Below, one piece after another: positions 50,505-60,007 of a stretch of 64,000 bases of DNA (position 1 is the stretch's first letter; each line of letters starts with the position of its first letter). The translations under genes were made by a program, and so were the position numbers. The notes under the pieces are model-generated. The model was not told where the DNA came from. It worked only from the letters and a program-made list of their open reading frames with translations, and made no database searches. The stretch comes from Lachnospiraceae bacterium (GTDB lineage: Bacteria > Bacillota > Clostridia > Lachnospirales > Lachnospiraceae): assembly GCA_045589155.1 (NCBI GenBank), contig JAZNGC010000017.1, forward strand, positions 3,771 to 67,770, given 5' to 3'.

Positions 50505-51668
50505 ATGTTTAAATATCATTGCCTCAATCCAATTTCCCAGATTGGACTTGTAAATTTCACAGATAATTATGAAGCCACAACAGATATTAATGATGCGGAA
50601 GGAGTACTGGTAAGAAGTGCTTCCATGCACGAGATGGAACTGCCGGAAAAATTGCTTGCAGTTGCAAGAGCAGGTGCCGGTGTAAACAATATTCCTTTGG
50701 ACAAATGTGCTGAGGCAGGTATTGTAGTATTTAACACTCCCGGCGCAAATGCAAATGGTGTAAAGGAATTGGTATTTGCAGGTATGCTTATGGCTGCCAG
50801 AGACGTAGTAGGCGGTATTGAATGGGTAAAAGCAAATACAGAGGATGCAAATATTGCAAAGACTGCAGAAAAAGAAAAGAAAAATTTTGCCGGAACAGAG
50901 CTTTTTGGTAAAAAACTCGGTGTTATCGGTCTTGGTGCTATCGGTGTAAAAGTTGCGAACACTGCAAGACATTTTGGTATGGAAGTTTACGGATATGACC
51001 CTTACGTTTCCGTAAATGCAGCATGGAGTCTCAGCCGTGATGTTAAGCATGTTCTTAACGTTGAAGACATTTACAGCACATGTGATTATATTACCATTCA
51101 TGTACCTTTGCTGGATTCCACAAAGGGTATGATTAATAAAGAGACTATTGCCATGATGAAAGATGGCGTTGTTATCTTAAACTTTGCAAGAGATCTTCTC
51201 GCAAATGAAGCAGATGTTTTAGAGGGTCTTAAGAGTGGAAAGATTGGTAAATATGTATCTGATTTCCCCAACCCTACCACAGCAGGTCAGGCAGGTTGTA
51301 TCGTAATTCCTCATCTTGGAGCTTCCACAGAGGAATCCGAAGATAACTGTGCAAAAATGGCAGTAAGCGAATTGATGGAGTATCTTGAGAACGGTAATAT
51401 TGTTAATAGCGTGAATTACCCTGCATGTGACATGGGCGTGTGCAAACAGGCAGGCCGCGTAGCTATTTTCCACAAGAATATTGCAAATATGATTACAAAA
51501 TTCACCGGTATTTTTGGTGAAGAGGGTGTTAATATTACAGATATGACAAATAAATCCAAAGGCGAGTATGCGTACACAATGTTGGATGTAGAATCCCCTG
51601 CAACAGCGGAGATGGTTGAAAAACTTGCTGCAATTGAGGGCGTATTCAGAGTTCGTGTGGTAAAATAA
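50505..51668 (+). CDS. serA: D-3-phosphoglycerate dehydrogenase with ACT domain
   Basis: RAGAGVNNI, GLGAIG, NFAR, PHLGAST; follows serC. Confidence 0.92.
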   Translation: MFKYHCLNPISQIGLVNFTDNYEATTDINDAEGVLVRSASMHEMELPEKLLAVARAGAGVNNIPLDKCAEAGIVVFNTPGANANGVKELVFAGMLMAARDVVGGIEWVKANTEDANIAKTAEKEKKNFAGTELFGKKLGVIGLGAIGVKVANTARHFGMEVYGYDPYVSVNAAWSLSRDVKHVLNVEDIYSTCDYITIHVPLLDSTKGMINKETIAMMKDGVVILNFARDLLANEADVLEGLKSGKIGKYVSDFPNPTTAGQAGCIVIPHLGASTEESEDNCAKMAVSELMEYLENGNIVNSVNYPACDMGVCKQAGRVAIFHKNIANMITKFTGIFGEEGVNITDMTNKSKGEYAYTMLDVESPATAEMVEKLAAIEGVFRVRVVK

Positions 51669-51676
51669 ATAAGAAT

Positions 51677-51710
51677 AAAAAAACTCCGGTTTCTTTGAAC
51701 CGGAGTTTTT
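51677..51710. terminator. Bidirectional terminator
   Basis: AAAAACTCCGGTT-loop-AACCGGAGTTTTT. Confidence 0.8.
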
Positions 51711-51739
51711 GTTTTGCAATGGCAATCGTCTCTGTCATA

Positions 51740-52015
51740 TTATCGGAATAAAATGGGATTTGTGCCGTCACCCAAATCCTGAAGTTCATCCTTTAATTTG
51801 TTGTTTGTAAGCACAGTGGCTTCTGTTGTTAAATCCATGTACATAATGAAAAAATCTTCTAGGGACACACCCATTTCATCTGCAATTTCCTGCATAATGG
51901 GCTTTAGTTTTTCAAGCTGGACAGAAATTTGTACTTTTTGTGGGTCTACATCACCCATGACTTTTTCAGCGTAAGCGTTAATTCTATATAAAATATCTCT
52001 TTGTGCGTCTGTCAT
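51740..52015 (-). CDS. Hypothetical protein (91 aa, acidic, helical)
   Basis: Strong AGGAGGAG RBS before ATG 52015; fills the gap between serA and DUF1015. Confidence 0.75.
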   Translation of the reverse strand: MTDAQRDILYRINAYAEKVMGDVDPQKVQISVQLEKLKPIMQEIADEMGVSLEDFFIMYMDLTTEATVLTNNKLKDELQDLGDGTNPILFR

Positions 52016-52162
52016 AACTGCTCCTCCTAATATCAAAAATGTATAATTTTCTTCACTTATTTTACCACCATGTGCTTGAGATGTATAGTGATATTTGATA
52101 CAATATTAGAATACAAAAATATAAGAAAATTGCTTTAATTAACAAGCAGGCGGAGGACAAAA

Positions 52163-53404
52163 ATGGCAGACATCAGACCGTTTCAGGCATATAGACCAAA
52201 AGAAGGTATGGAAGATAAAATCGCAGCGTTACCCTATGATGTGTATAATAGACAGGAAGCTACCGAAGAAGTAAAAAGACAGCCTTTGTCTTTTCTGGGT
52301 ATTGACCGGGCGGAAACCTGCTTTCCGGCAGAGGTGGATACTTATGCAGATTGTGTGTATGAAAGAGCAGGACAGCTGTTATGGGATAGAATAAAACAAG
52401 GGGATTGGATAAAAGAAGAACACTCCTGTTATTATTTGTATGAACTTGTCATGGATGGACGCTCCCAGACCGGAATCGTGGCATGTTCATCTATTGATGA
52501 TTATATGAATGGGATTATTAAAAAACACGAAAATACCAGAGCGGATAAAGAAATTGACCGTATCCGTCACGTTGATACCTGTAATGCCCAAACCGGTCCT
52601 ATTTTTCTTGCATACAGGGATGAAGAGAAATTATGCGAAATCAGAGAAGACTGGAAAAAAGAAAAGAAGCCGGTTTATGATTTTACATCTGAAGATGGAA
52701 TCACTCATCGTGTTTGGGTAATTGATGATTTAAAAGTAAATGAAGAAATAAAAGAATGTTTCAGGAAGATTCCCGGCGTTTATATTGCGGATGGACATCA
52801 CAGATGTGCGTCTGCTGCAAAGGTTGGTTTAAAACGCAGAGAAGAAGTGGAAAGTTACGATGGTACAGAAGAATTTAATTATTTTCTGTCTGTATTATTC
52901 CCGGACAGTGAACTTATGATTATGGATTATAACCGTGTGGTAAAGGATTTGAACGGTTATACTAAAGAAGAATTTTTAGAAAAAATAAGTGAATCTTTTG
53001 ATGTGTCCTTAAGCGGTGATATGGCAGTAAAACCCATTCAAAAGGGTGAATTCGGCATGTATCTTGATAAGGATTGGTACTTACTCAAAGCAAAGGCTGC
53101 TGTTATGAGTACGGATCCGGTAAAAGGCTTGGATGTATCTGTGCTGCAGGATAATCTGCTCGCTCCGGTTTTAGGAATTACAGACCCTAAAACAGATAAG
53201 AGGATTGATTTTGTAGGTGGAATAAGAGGATTGAAGGAATTGGAGAGAAGAGCAAACAGCGATATGTGTATTGCATTTTCTATGTATCCAACCTCTATAG
53301 GTGAACTTTTTGCGGTGGCGGATGCAGGACTTTTGATGCCTCCAAAATCAACATGGTTTGAGCCGAAACTCAGAAGCGGATTGTTTATTCATGCTTTGCT
53401 TTAA
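52163..53404 (+). CDS. DUF1015 family protein
   Basis: PYDV, KKHENT, IADGHHR, MPPKSTWFEPKLRSGL. Confidence 0.88.
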   Translation: MADIRPFQAYRPKEGMEDKIAALPYDVYNRQEATEEVKRQPLSFLGIDRAETCFPAEVDTYADCVYERAGQLLWDRIKQGDWIKEEHSCYYLYELVMDGRSQTGIVACSSIDDYMNGIIKKHENTRADKEIDRIRHVDTCNAQTGPIFLAYRDEEKLCEIREDWKKEKKPVYDFTSEDGITHRVWVIDDLKVNEEIKECFRKIPGVYIADGHHRCASAAKVGLKRREEVESYDGTEEFNYFLSVLFPDSELMIMDYNRVVKDLNGYTKEEFLEKISESFDVSLSGDMAVKPIQKGEFGMYLDKDWYLLKAKAAVMSTDPVKGLDVSVLQDNLLAPVLGITDPKTDKRIDFVGGIRGLKELERRANSDMCIAFSMYPTSIGELFAVADAGLLMPPKSTWFEPKLRSGLFIHALL

Positions 53405-53436
53405 AAAGGGATTTACTGTTTTATGGGAGAACCGAT

Positions 53437-55671
53437 ATGAACAATAAACTATATAAATTAATGGACTGGCCAAAGATTGAAGAAGTGATTTATTCGGAAT
53501 GTGCCAATCCCCATGATGTTTTAGGACCACATACGGTAGGAAACAATACACTTGTACAAGCCTATTTTCCGGAAGCGGTGTCAGTGATAATACAAAAGAC
53601 TGCAGATATGTCTGAATATGAGATGGAACAGGCTGATCAGGATGGTTTTTTTGCGGTTTTAATTCCGGGTAAAAAAATAGGTGCATATAAATATGTGATA
53701 ACTTATAAAGATGGTAATGTTTATACCGTAGGGGATGCATACAGACATGCTTCCCTGATTACTGAAAAGGATGAAATCAAGTTTTCCAATGGCATACATT
53801 ATACGATTTATGAGAAATTAGGCGCTCACCCTATGGAATTAGACGGGGATGAAGGGGTGTATTTTGCTGTCTGGGCCCCCAATGCACTTCGGGTTAGTGT
53901 AGTCGGGGACTTCAACGCCTGGGATGGCAGGGTTCATCAAATGAGAAAACTTTCCCGTGGTATTTTTGAGATTTTTGTGCCCGGTGCAAGGGGGGGACAA
54001 AATTATAAGTTTGAAATCAAATTAAAAGGCGGGCTGACTTATTTAAAAGCTGACCCCTATTGTAACAGTGCCCAAATGCGACCGGAAAATGCCTCTGTTA
54101 TTACGGATTTATCCGGTTATGCATGGCAGGATGACAAGTGGATGTCCGTGCGCAAAAACAGACAGGATAAAAATGCGCCAATCAGTATATATGAGTTGTA
54201 TTTAGGTTCCTTTGCAGAATCGGAATGCGGAAACTTCTATGCATCTTATCGCGAGATAGCACCGAAACTGGCAAAATATGTGAAAGAAATGGGATACACT
54301 CATGTAGAAATCATGCCTGTTATGGAACATCCCTTAGATGGTTCTTGGGGATATCAGGTTATCGGATATTATGCACCGACTGCAAGATACGGAAGTCCGA
54401 AAGATTTTATGTACCTGATAGATGTGCTGCATCAGGCGGGAATTGGTGTGATTTTAGATTGGGTTCCTGCGCATTTTCCAAGAGATGCACATGGATTGTC
54501 TAATTTTGATGGCACATGTCTTTATGAACATCGGGATCCCAGACAGGGAAGTCATCCTCATTGGGGGACCCTCATTTATAATTACGGCAGACCGCAGGTG
54601 AAGAATTATCTGCTTGCCAATGCACTTTTCTGGGTGGAAAAATTTCATGCGGATGGAATCCGTATGGACGCAGTTGCATCCATGCTCTATCTCGATTATG
54701 GAAAAAATGACGGTGAATGGATTCCCAATATGTATGGGTCTAATGAAAATCTGGATGCCATTGAATTTATCAAGCATTTAAATTCTGTTATGAAGAAACG
54801 CAACCCCGGTGTGCTTATGATTGCGGAGGAGAGTACTGCGTGGCCACTGGTTACGGGACATCTTGATGAAGGTGGACTTGGTTTTGATATCAAGTGGAAC
54901 ATGGGCTGGATGAATGATTATCTTGGATATATCAGAAATGATCCTTATTTTAGAGGACAGCATCATAATGAGATTACTTTCAGTATGATTTATGCATATA
55001 GCGAGAACTATATGCTCGTGTTTTCCCATGATGAAGTGGTCCATGGCAAGTCAACCCTGATTGGAAAAATGCCCGGTGAAATAGATGCAAAGTTTGATAA
55101 TCTGCGTCTTTCTTATGCTTATATGATGACACATCCCGGTAAAAAATTACTGTTTATGGGACAGGATTTGGCCGAGTTTGATGAATGGAATGAAAGAAGA
55201 CAGGTTCAGTGGAATTTGCTGGAATATCCCAAACACAAGGGTGTTTCTGAATTGGTAAAACAATTAAATAAGCTTTACACAAGTCTGCCGGCACTATATG
55301 AATTAGATACAAAACCGGAAGGTTTTGAGTGGGTTAACTGTATTTCAGCACCGGATTGTTATGTGACTTTCCTGAGAAAAGGAAAAAAGAAAGAAGATAC
55401 CCTGCTTGTAGCGGTTAACTTTGCGGGAATAGAGCGTGAGATCCGGACAGGAGTGCCTTTTGATGGAAAATATAAGGAAATACTCAATACAGATGGGGTG
55501 ACTTTTGGGGGCTCGGGTATTGTGAACCGAAATGTGAAAAGAGCCGTGAAGAAGGAATGTGATGACAGGGAATATTCAATTACTGTTAAACTGGCCCCTG
55601 CTTCGGTAAGTATCCTGAAATATGTTCCGTATACGGCGGAAGAACTTGTAAAGCAAAAGAATAAAAAGTAA
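53437..55671 (+). CDS. glgB: 1,4-alpha-glucan branching enzyme
   Basis: WAPNA, SWGYQ, DWVPAHF, DGIRMDAV, IAEES, SHDEVVHGK. Confidence 0.96.
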   Translation: MNNKLYKLMDWPKIEEVIYSECANPHDVLGPHTVGNNTLVQAYFPEAVSVIIQKTADMSEYEMEQADQDGFFAVLIPGKKIGAYKYVITYKDGNVYTVGDAYRHASLITEKDEIKFSNGIHYTIYEKLGAHPMELDGDEGVYFAVWAPNALRVSVVGDFNAWDGRVHQMRKLSRGIFEIFVPGARGGQNYKFEIKLKGGLTYLKADPYCNSAQMRPENASVITDLSGYAWQDDKWMSVRKNRQDKNAPISIYELYLGSFAESECGNFYASYREIAPKLAKYVKEMGYTHVEIMPVMEHPLDGSWGYQVIGYYAPTARYGSPKDFMYLIDVLHQAGIGVILDWVPAHFPRDAHGLSNFDGTCLYEHRDPRQGSHPHWGTLIYNYGRPQVKNYLLANALFWVEKFHADGIRMDAVASMLYLDYGKNDGEWIPNMYGSNENLDAIEFIKHLNSVMKKRNPGVLMIAEESTAWPLVTGHLDEGGLGFDIKWNMGWMNDYLGYIRNDPYFRGQHHNEITFSMIYAYSENYMLVFSHDEVVHGKSTLIGKMPGEIDAKFDNLRLSYAYMMTHPGKKLLFMGQDLAEFDEWNERRQVQWNLLEYPKHKGVSELVKQLNKLYTSLPALYELDTKPEGFEWVNCISAPDCYVTFLRKGKKKEDTLLVAVNFAGIEREIRTGVPFDGKYKEILNTDGVTFGGSGIVNRNVKRAVKKECDDREYSITVKLAPASVSILKYVPYTAEELVKQKNKK

Positions 55672-55706
55672 CTAAATTGACGGTAAGAGAAAGAGAGTAT
55701 TTTAGA

Positions 55707-56561
55707 ATGCATTATTTTGTAGTTTTAGAAACAATAAATACAGGGGTTGTCGGTGAAGTCCTGTCAAAATTATTAGACGGTGCCTTGGATATAGGAATGA
55801 GAATCCTGCTTGCAATTATCACCTTTTTAGTTGGAGCTCAGATAATTAAACTGGTGCGCAAGGTTATTAAAAAAGTGCTTACCAAAGCAGATGCAGAAGT
55901 GGGTGTGGTTCAATTTTTGGATTCGTTTTTGAAGGTTGCCCTGTACATTGTGCTTGGTTTTATGATTGCAGCCGGTTTTGGGGTAGATGCAGCCAGTATT
56001 GTAGCTCTTCTTGGTTCCGCAGGTGTGGCTGTCGGCCTGGCGTTGCAAGGAAGCCTGTCTAACCTTGCAGGTGGTGTTTTGATTTTAATATTAAAACCTT
56101 TTAAAGTGGGTGATTATATTAAAGAAGATGCAGCGGGAAATGAAGGTACGGTTTCTGAAATATCTATGTTTTATACAAAACTTCTTACCGGGGATAATAG
56201 AACCATTATTCTCCCTAATGGTACATTGGCAAACACCAGTCTGACGAATGTCACACAGGCAGATAAGCGCAGAATTGATATCCAGGTTGGCATTTCTTAT
56301 GATGCTGACATCAGAAAAGCAAAAGAAGTTCTGATGGGAGTACTTGAGGCGGAAGATAAAGCCCTTGATGACAAAGATAAAATGGTTTTTGTTGATAATC
56401 TCGGTGACAGCGCAGTAGTTATAGGACTCAGATGTTGGACAAAAAAGGAAGATTACTGGGATGTCAAGTGGCGTCTAACAGAGAATGTGAAGTATGCTCT
56501 TGATGATGCAGGTATTTCCATTCCTTTCCCACAGATGGATGTGCATGTAATAGAAAAATAG
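55707..56561 (+). CDS. mscS: Small-conductance mechanosensitive channel
   Basis: GLALQGSLSNLAGG, PFKVGD, IPFPQ. Confidence 0.88.
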   Translation: MHYFVVLETINTGVVGEVLSKLLDGALDIGMRILLAIITFLVGAQIIKLVRKVIKKVLTKADAEVGVVQFLDSFLKVALYIVLGFMIAAGFGVDAASIVALLGSAGVAVGLALQGSLSNLAGGVLILILKPFKVGDYIKEDAAGNEGTVSEISMFYTKLLTGDNRTIILPNGTLANTSLTNVTQADKRRIDIQVGISYDADIRKAKEVLMGVLEAEDKALDDKDKMVFVDNLGDSAVVIGLRCWTKKEDYWDVKWRLTENVKYALDDAGISIPFPQMDVHVIEK

Positions 56562-56626
56562 AATTGGTTTTGTCTTGCAAAATACTGAAAAATTTTATAT
56601 AATGTCAAAAGTGTTGCAAGACACTT

Positions 56627-56699
56627 GCTGAAATAGCTCAGTCGGAAGAGCACTTCACTCGTAATGAAGGGGTCGTGGGTTCAAGTCCCATTTTCAGCT
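56627..56699 (+). tRNA. tRNA-Thr (anticodon CGT)
   Basis: Acceptor GCTGAAA/TTTCAGC, D arm GCTC/GAGC, anticodon arm CTTCA-CTCGTAA-TGAAG, GGTTCAAGT T loop; CCA not encoded; TTGCAA-17-TATAAT at 56575-56603. Confidence 0.95.
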
Positions 56700-56707
56700 T
56701 TCGCGAA

Positions 56708-56744
56708 CCCGGAAGTATCGTGATAGATATTTCCGGGATTTTTT
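56708..56744 (+). terminator. Terminator after the tRNA
   Basis: CCCGGAAGTATC-gtgata-GATATTTCCGGG plus T-run. Confidence 0.8.
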
Positions 56745-56768
56745 ATCCGGAAGGAAAGAGGGACGAAC

Positions 56769-58220
56769 ATGAACAGACTATATGACGCACGAAACATTAG
56801 TATGATGATGGATTTTTACGAACTGACAATGGCGTATGGTTATTTTAAAAATAAGGATAGGGATACGCAGGTTGCTTTTGATGTGTTTTACAGGAAAAAC
56901 CCGGATAAAGGTGGTTTTGCAATCTTTGCAGGTTTAGAGCAGATTGTAGAGTATATTGAAGGAATTCATTTTGAGGAAGAAGACATAGAGTATCTGAGAA
57001 GCCTCGGAACCTTTGACGAAGAATTTCTTTGTTACCTGAAAGAGTTTAAATTTAGTGGCGATATTTATGCGTTTCCGGAAGGAACCATTATGTATCCCAA
57101 TGAACCGGTTATCACCGTAGTTGCCCCCCTGATTGACGCACAAATGATTGAAACAGGAATCTTAAATATTTTCAATCATCAGTGCCTCATTGCGACAAAG
57201 GCAAACCGCATTGTACGTGCAGCAAAAGGCAGACCTATTGCAGATTTCGGCGGAAGAAGAGCCCAGGGGATTGACGCGGCCACCTATGGTGCCAGGGCGG
57301 CGATGATTGGCGGTGTTAAGGGAACTGCCACAGTTTCAGCAGCACAGATGCTTGGTATGAAGGCAATCGGAACTATGGCGCATAGCTGGATAATGCGTTT
57401 TGAAAATGAAGAAGTAGCGTTCCGTAAGTATGCGGAAATTTATCCTGATAACTGCACCCTGCTGGTAGACACTTATGATGTGTTGAAATCAGGTGTACCG
57501 AATGCGATTAAGATTTTCAATGAGATGAAGGAGAAGAATATTCCTTTAACATCCTATGGAATCCGTTTGGATAGCGGTGACCTTGCTTACCTTTCAAAAG
57601 CGGCAAGAAAAATGTTGGATAAGGCAGGCTTTACAGATGCAAAAATTGTGGTGTCTAACAGTCTGGATGAGCACACCATCAGTTCCTTGCTTGAGCAGGG
57701 GGCATGTATTGACAGCTTTGGAGTGGGTGAAAGACTGATTACCGCAAAATCCGATCCGGTATTTGGTGGTGTATATAAGATTGCGGCAGTGGTGGAAGAT
57801 GGAGAAATCATTCCAAAAATCAAGATATCGGAGACTGTAGAGAAGATTACCAATCCGGGCTTAAAAGAAGTATATCGTATATATGATGAAAATGGACTTG
57901 CTGTGGCTGATTTGTTGACCTGTAAGGGGGAGGAAGTAGACTTAAGGGAAGAATATCGCTATGTTGACCCTGAAATGCCTTGGAAAAACCGTCATTTCAA
58001 AGGTTGCAGGGCTGTAAAACTTCAAGTACCTGTATTTAAATCCGGTAATTATATAGGCGGGAAAAAGTCGTTACAGGAAATCAGGGATTATGTGGAGAAG
58101 CAGCTTAAAGATGAAATTTGGAAAGAAGAACAGCGTTTCGATAACCCTCATAAACATTATCTGGATATGTCTCCAAAGTATTATGAGATGAAGATGGATT
58201 TATTGCATAAGAATCAATAA
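56769..58220 (+). CDS. pncB: Nicotinate phosphoribosyltransferase
   Basis: DFYELTM, DFGGRRA, GTMAHSW, LVDTYD, IRLDSGD, FGVG. Confidence 0.95.
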   Translation: MNRLYDARNISMMMDFYELTMAYGYFKNKDRDTQVAFDVFYRKNPDKGGFAIFAGLEQIVEYIEGIHFEEEDIEYLRSLGTFDEEFLCYLKEFKFSGDIYAFPEGTIMYPNEPVITVVAPLIDAQMIETGILNIFNHQCLIATKANRIVRAAKGRPIADFGGRRAQGIDAATYGARAAMIGGVKGTATVSAAQMLGMKAIGTMAHSWIMRFENEEVAFRKYAEIYPDNCTLLVDTYDVLKSGVPNAIKIFNEMKEKNIPLTSYGIRLDSGDLAYLSKAARKMLDKAGFTDAKIVVSNSLDEHTISSLLEQGACIDSFGVGERLITAKSDPVFGGVYKIAAVVEDGEIIPKIKISETVEKITNPGLKEVYRIYDENGLAVADLLTCKGEEVDLREEYRYVDPEMPWKNRHFKGCRAVKLQVPVFKSGNYIGGKKSLQEIRDYVEKQLKDEIWKEEQRFDNPHKHYLDMSPKYYEMKMDLLHKNQ

Positions 58221-58232
58221 GAATATATATGT

Positions 58233-58258
58233 AGCCGGGCTCGGAAGAGTCCGGTTTT
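58233..58258. terminator. Bidirectional terminator
   Basis: AGCCGGGCTC-ggaa-GAGTCCGGTTTT. Confidence 0.7.
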
Positions 58259-58274
58259 ATTGTTGTTGGGGATA

Positions 58275-59081
58275 TTAAATTCTTTTTTTATAGTAGTGTT
58301 CTACATTTTGTATGATTTGATATAGTCCCATTGCGAAGATACACAAAATGATAATAGAGGTGATGACCATATCAAGTTGAAAGGTTTGGGAACCGTAAAT
58401 AATCAAATAACCTAGTCCCCGCCTTGCAGCAAGGAATTCTCCTATGATAACGCCAACTAAAGCTAAGCCGATATTTACTTTCATTGTACTTAGCATGGTC
58501 GGAATGGAACCGGGTAAAACAACTTTGGAAAAAGCAACTTTTTTTGTACCGCCAAGAGTATAGATTAGAGTGATTTTTTCCGGATCCACCTGTTTAAAAC
58601 CGGTATACAGACTGATAATGCAGCCGAAGATAGCAACAGAAATGCCGGCTACAATAATTGTGGTCATTCCGGAACCCAACCATACAATAAAAAGTGGTGC
58701 GAGGGCTGATTTGGGCAGGCTGTTTAATATAACCATATACGGTTCTGATATTTCTGATATTTTGTGTGAATGCCAAAGTAAGGTCGCAACAGATAGGCCA
58801 ATTCCGATTACAAGTAAAAAACTGATAAGTGTCTCAAATAAGGTAACACCAATGTGTAAAAAAAGATTGTTTTCAAACATTAATTCTATAAAGCACATGA
58901 CAACACGGGAAGGACTGGAAAAGAAAAAAGGGTCAATCCAATTTGCAACAACTGCCAATTCCCATAGCGTGATAAATAAGATAAAAATAGTTATCCGTGT
59001 ACCGGTTATCTGTTGATGATATTTTCGGTGGTTCTTTACATATTCCTCTTGCTTGGTCAACTCTTTTTTTCTATTTTTCAT
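58275..59081 (-). CDS. NitT/TauT-family ABC permease (YtlD-like)
   Basis: FFFSSPS, NSLPKSALAP, GEFLAARRGLGY. Confidence 0.85.
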   Translation of the reverse strand: MKNRKKELTKQEEYVKNHRKYHQQITGTRITIFILFITLWELAVVANWIDPFFFSSPSRVVMCFIELMFENNLFLHIGVTLFETLISFLLVIGIGLSVATLLWHSHKISEISEPYMVILNSLPKSALAPLFIVWLGSGMTTIIVAGISVAIFGCIISLYTGFKQVDPEKITLIYTLGGTKKVAFSKVVLPGSIPTMLSTMKVNIGLALVGVIIGEFLAARRGLGYLIIYGSQTFQLDMVITSIIILCIFAMGLYQIIQNVEHYYKKRI

Positions 59082-59841
59082 CGGACATCACCTCCCATAA
59101 ATGGTTAAAATAGTCTTTGAATTCAGGGGCATTCCGGGCGGCTAATGGACCATCATCTTCCAGCGTTAGGTTTATAATGATTTCTTCTTTTATCGTAGCC
59201 GGTCTTTTGCTAAGGACAATGATCCGGTCTGCCAAAGAAATTGCCTCGGATAAATCATGGGTAATGAGTAGGGCTGTTTTCTTTTTGCTTCGGATAATGT
59301 GACAGATATCAGAGGACACGTTTAATCTGGTCTGATAGTCCAGGGCACTGAAAGGTTCATCTAAAAGAAGGATTTGGGGTGATGTGGCAAGGGTTCGGAT
59401 AAGAGCGGCACGTTGTTTCATGCCGCCGGATAATTCTCCCGGCTTTTTGTCCTTAAATTTATATAGTCCGTAATCCTGCATCAATTGTAGTACTTGTTCT
59501 TTGGTTTCGTTGGTAAGGTTTCCGGAAATTTCTAAGCCTAAAATCGCATTTTGATATATGGTACGCCATTCAAAGAGATGGTCACGCTGTAACATATATC
59601 CGATTTTGGGATAAGAAATGGCTCCGGTTGGATTGTTGAAAATAATTGTACCTTCTTCGGGTTTTAACAAACCTGCAACAATGGAGAGAAGTGTGGATTT
59701 TCCGCAACCGCTGGGTCCGACAATGGCAACAAACTCTCCTTCGTTTATAGAAAAGGAAATGTCCTTTAAAGCAGCGGTTTGTCCCTGTAAACTATGGTAA
59801 GAGTAGCCAATATTTTTAAGGGATAAGATTGGTTTGTTCAA
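59071..59841 (-). CDS. NitT/TauT-family ABC ATP-binding protein (YtlC-like)
   Basis: GPSGCGKS, QRDHLFEWRT, LSGGMKQR, DEPFSALD; TTG start. Confidence 0.88.
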   Translation of the reverse strand: MNKPILSLKNIGYSYHSLQGQTAALKDISFSINEGEFVAIVGPSGCGKSTLLSIVAGLLKPEEGTIIFNNPTGAISYPKIGYMLQRDHLFEWRTIYQNAILGLEISGNLTNETKEQVLQLMQDYGLYKFKDKKPGELSGGMKQRAALIRTLATSPQILLLDEPFSALDYQTRLNVSSDICHIIRSKKKTALLITHDLSEAISLADRIIVLSKRPATIKEEIIINLTLEDDGPLAARNAPEFKDYFNHLWEVMSDEK

Positions 59842-59873
59842 AGCATTTCTACATCCTTCCTATGTTTATATCC

Positions 59874-59900
59874 TATAGTATGAAAAGTTATAGTAAATGT
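59874..59900 (-). promoter_or_regulatory. sigmaK-type promoter of the ABC pair
   Basis: Minus strand AC-N16-CATACTATA. Confidence 0.5.
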
Positions 59901-60007
59901 GAAAAAAATTCATGGCTCAAATGCAGTACACTGTATTGCACTAAAGTGAAAAGTATGCTAGTATTAGATAAATTTAGATTTAATAAGTTGAAGTTTGGAG
60001 GTGCACC

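Noticed and set aside
49427-50506. 359-aa ORF antisense to serC (likewise 5353-6069, 16672-17508 and other shadow ORFs)
   Set aside because: Lies opposite a clearly conserved gene, with no recognisable motifs and the composition typical of antisense frames
56627-56769. tRNA-Thr as an integration site
   Set aside because: No integrase and no duplicated tRNA 3' end seen; flanked by core genes mscS and pncB
59900-59940. ARG box upstream of argH
   Set aside because: AATGCAGTACACTGTATT is palindromic but differs at the conserved TGmAT/ATkCA positions, and TGAAAAAAATTCA is one base short; support is too weak
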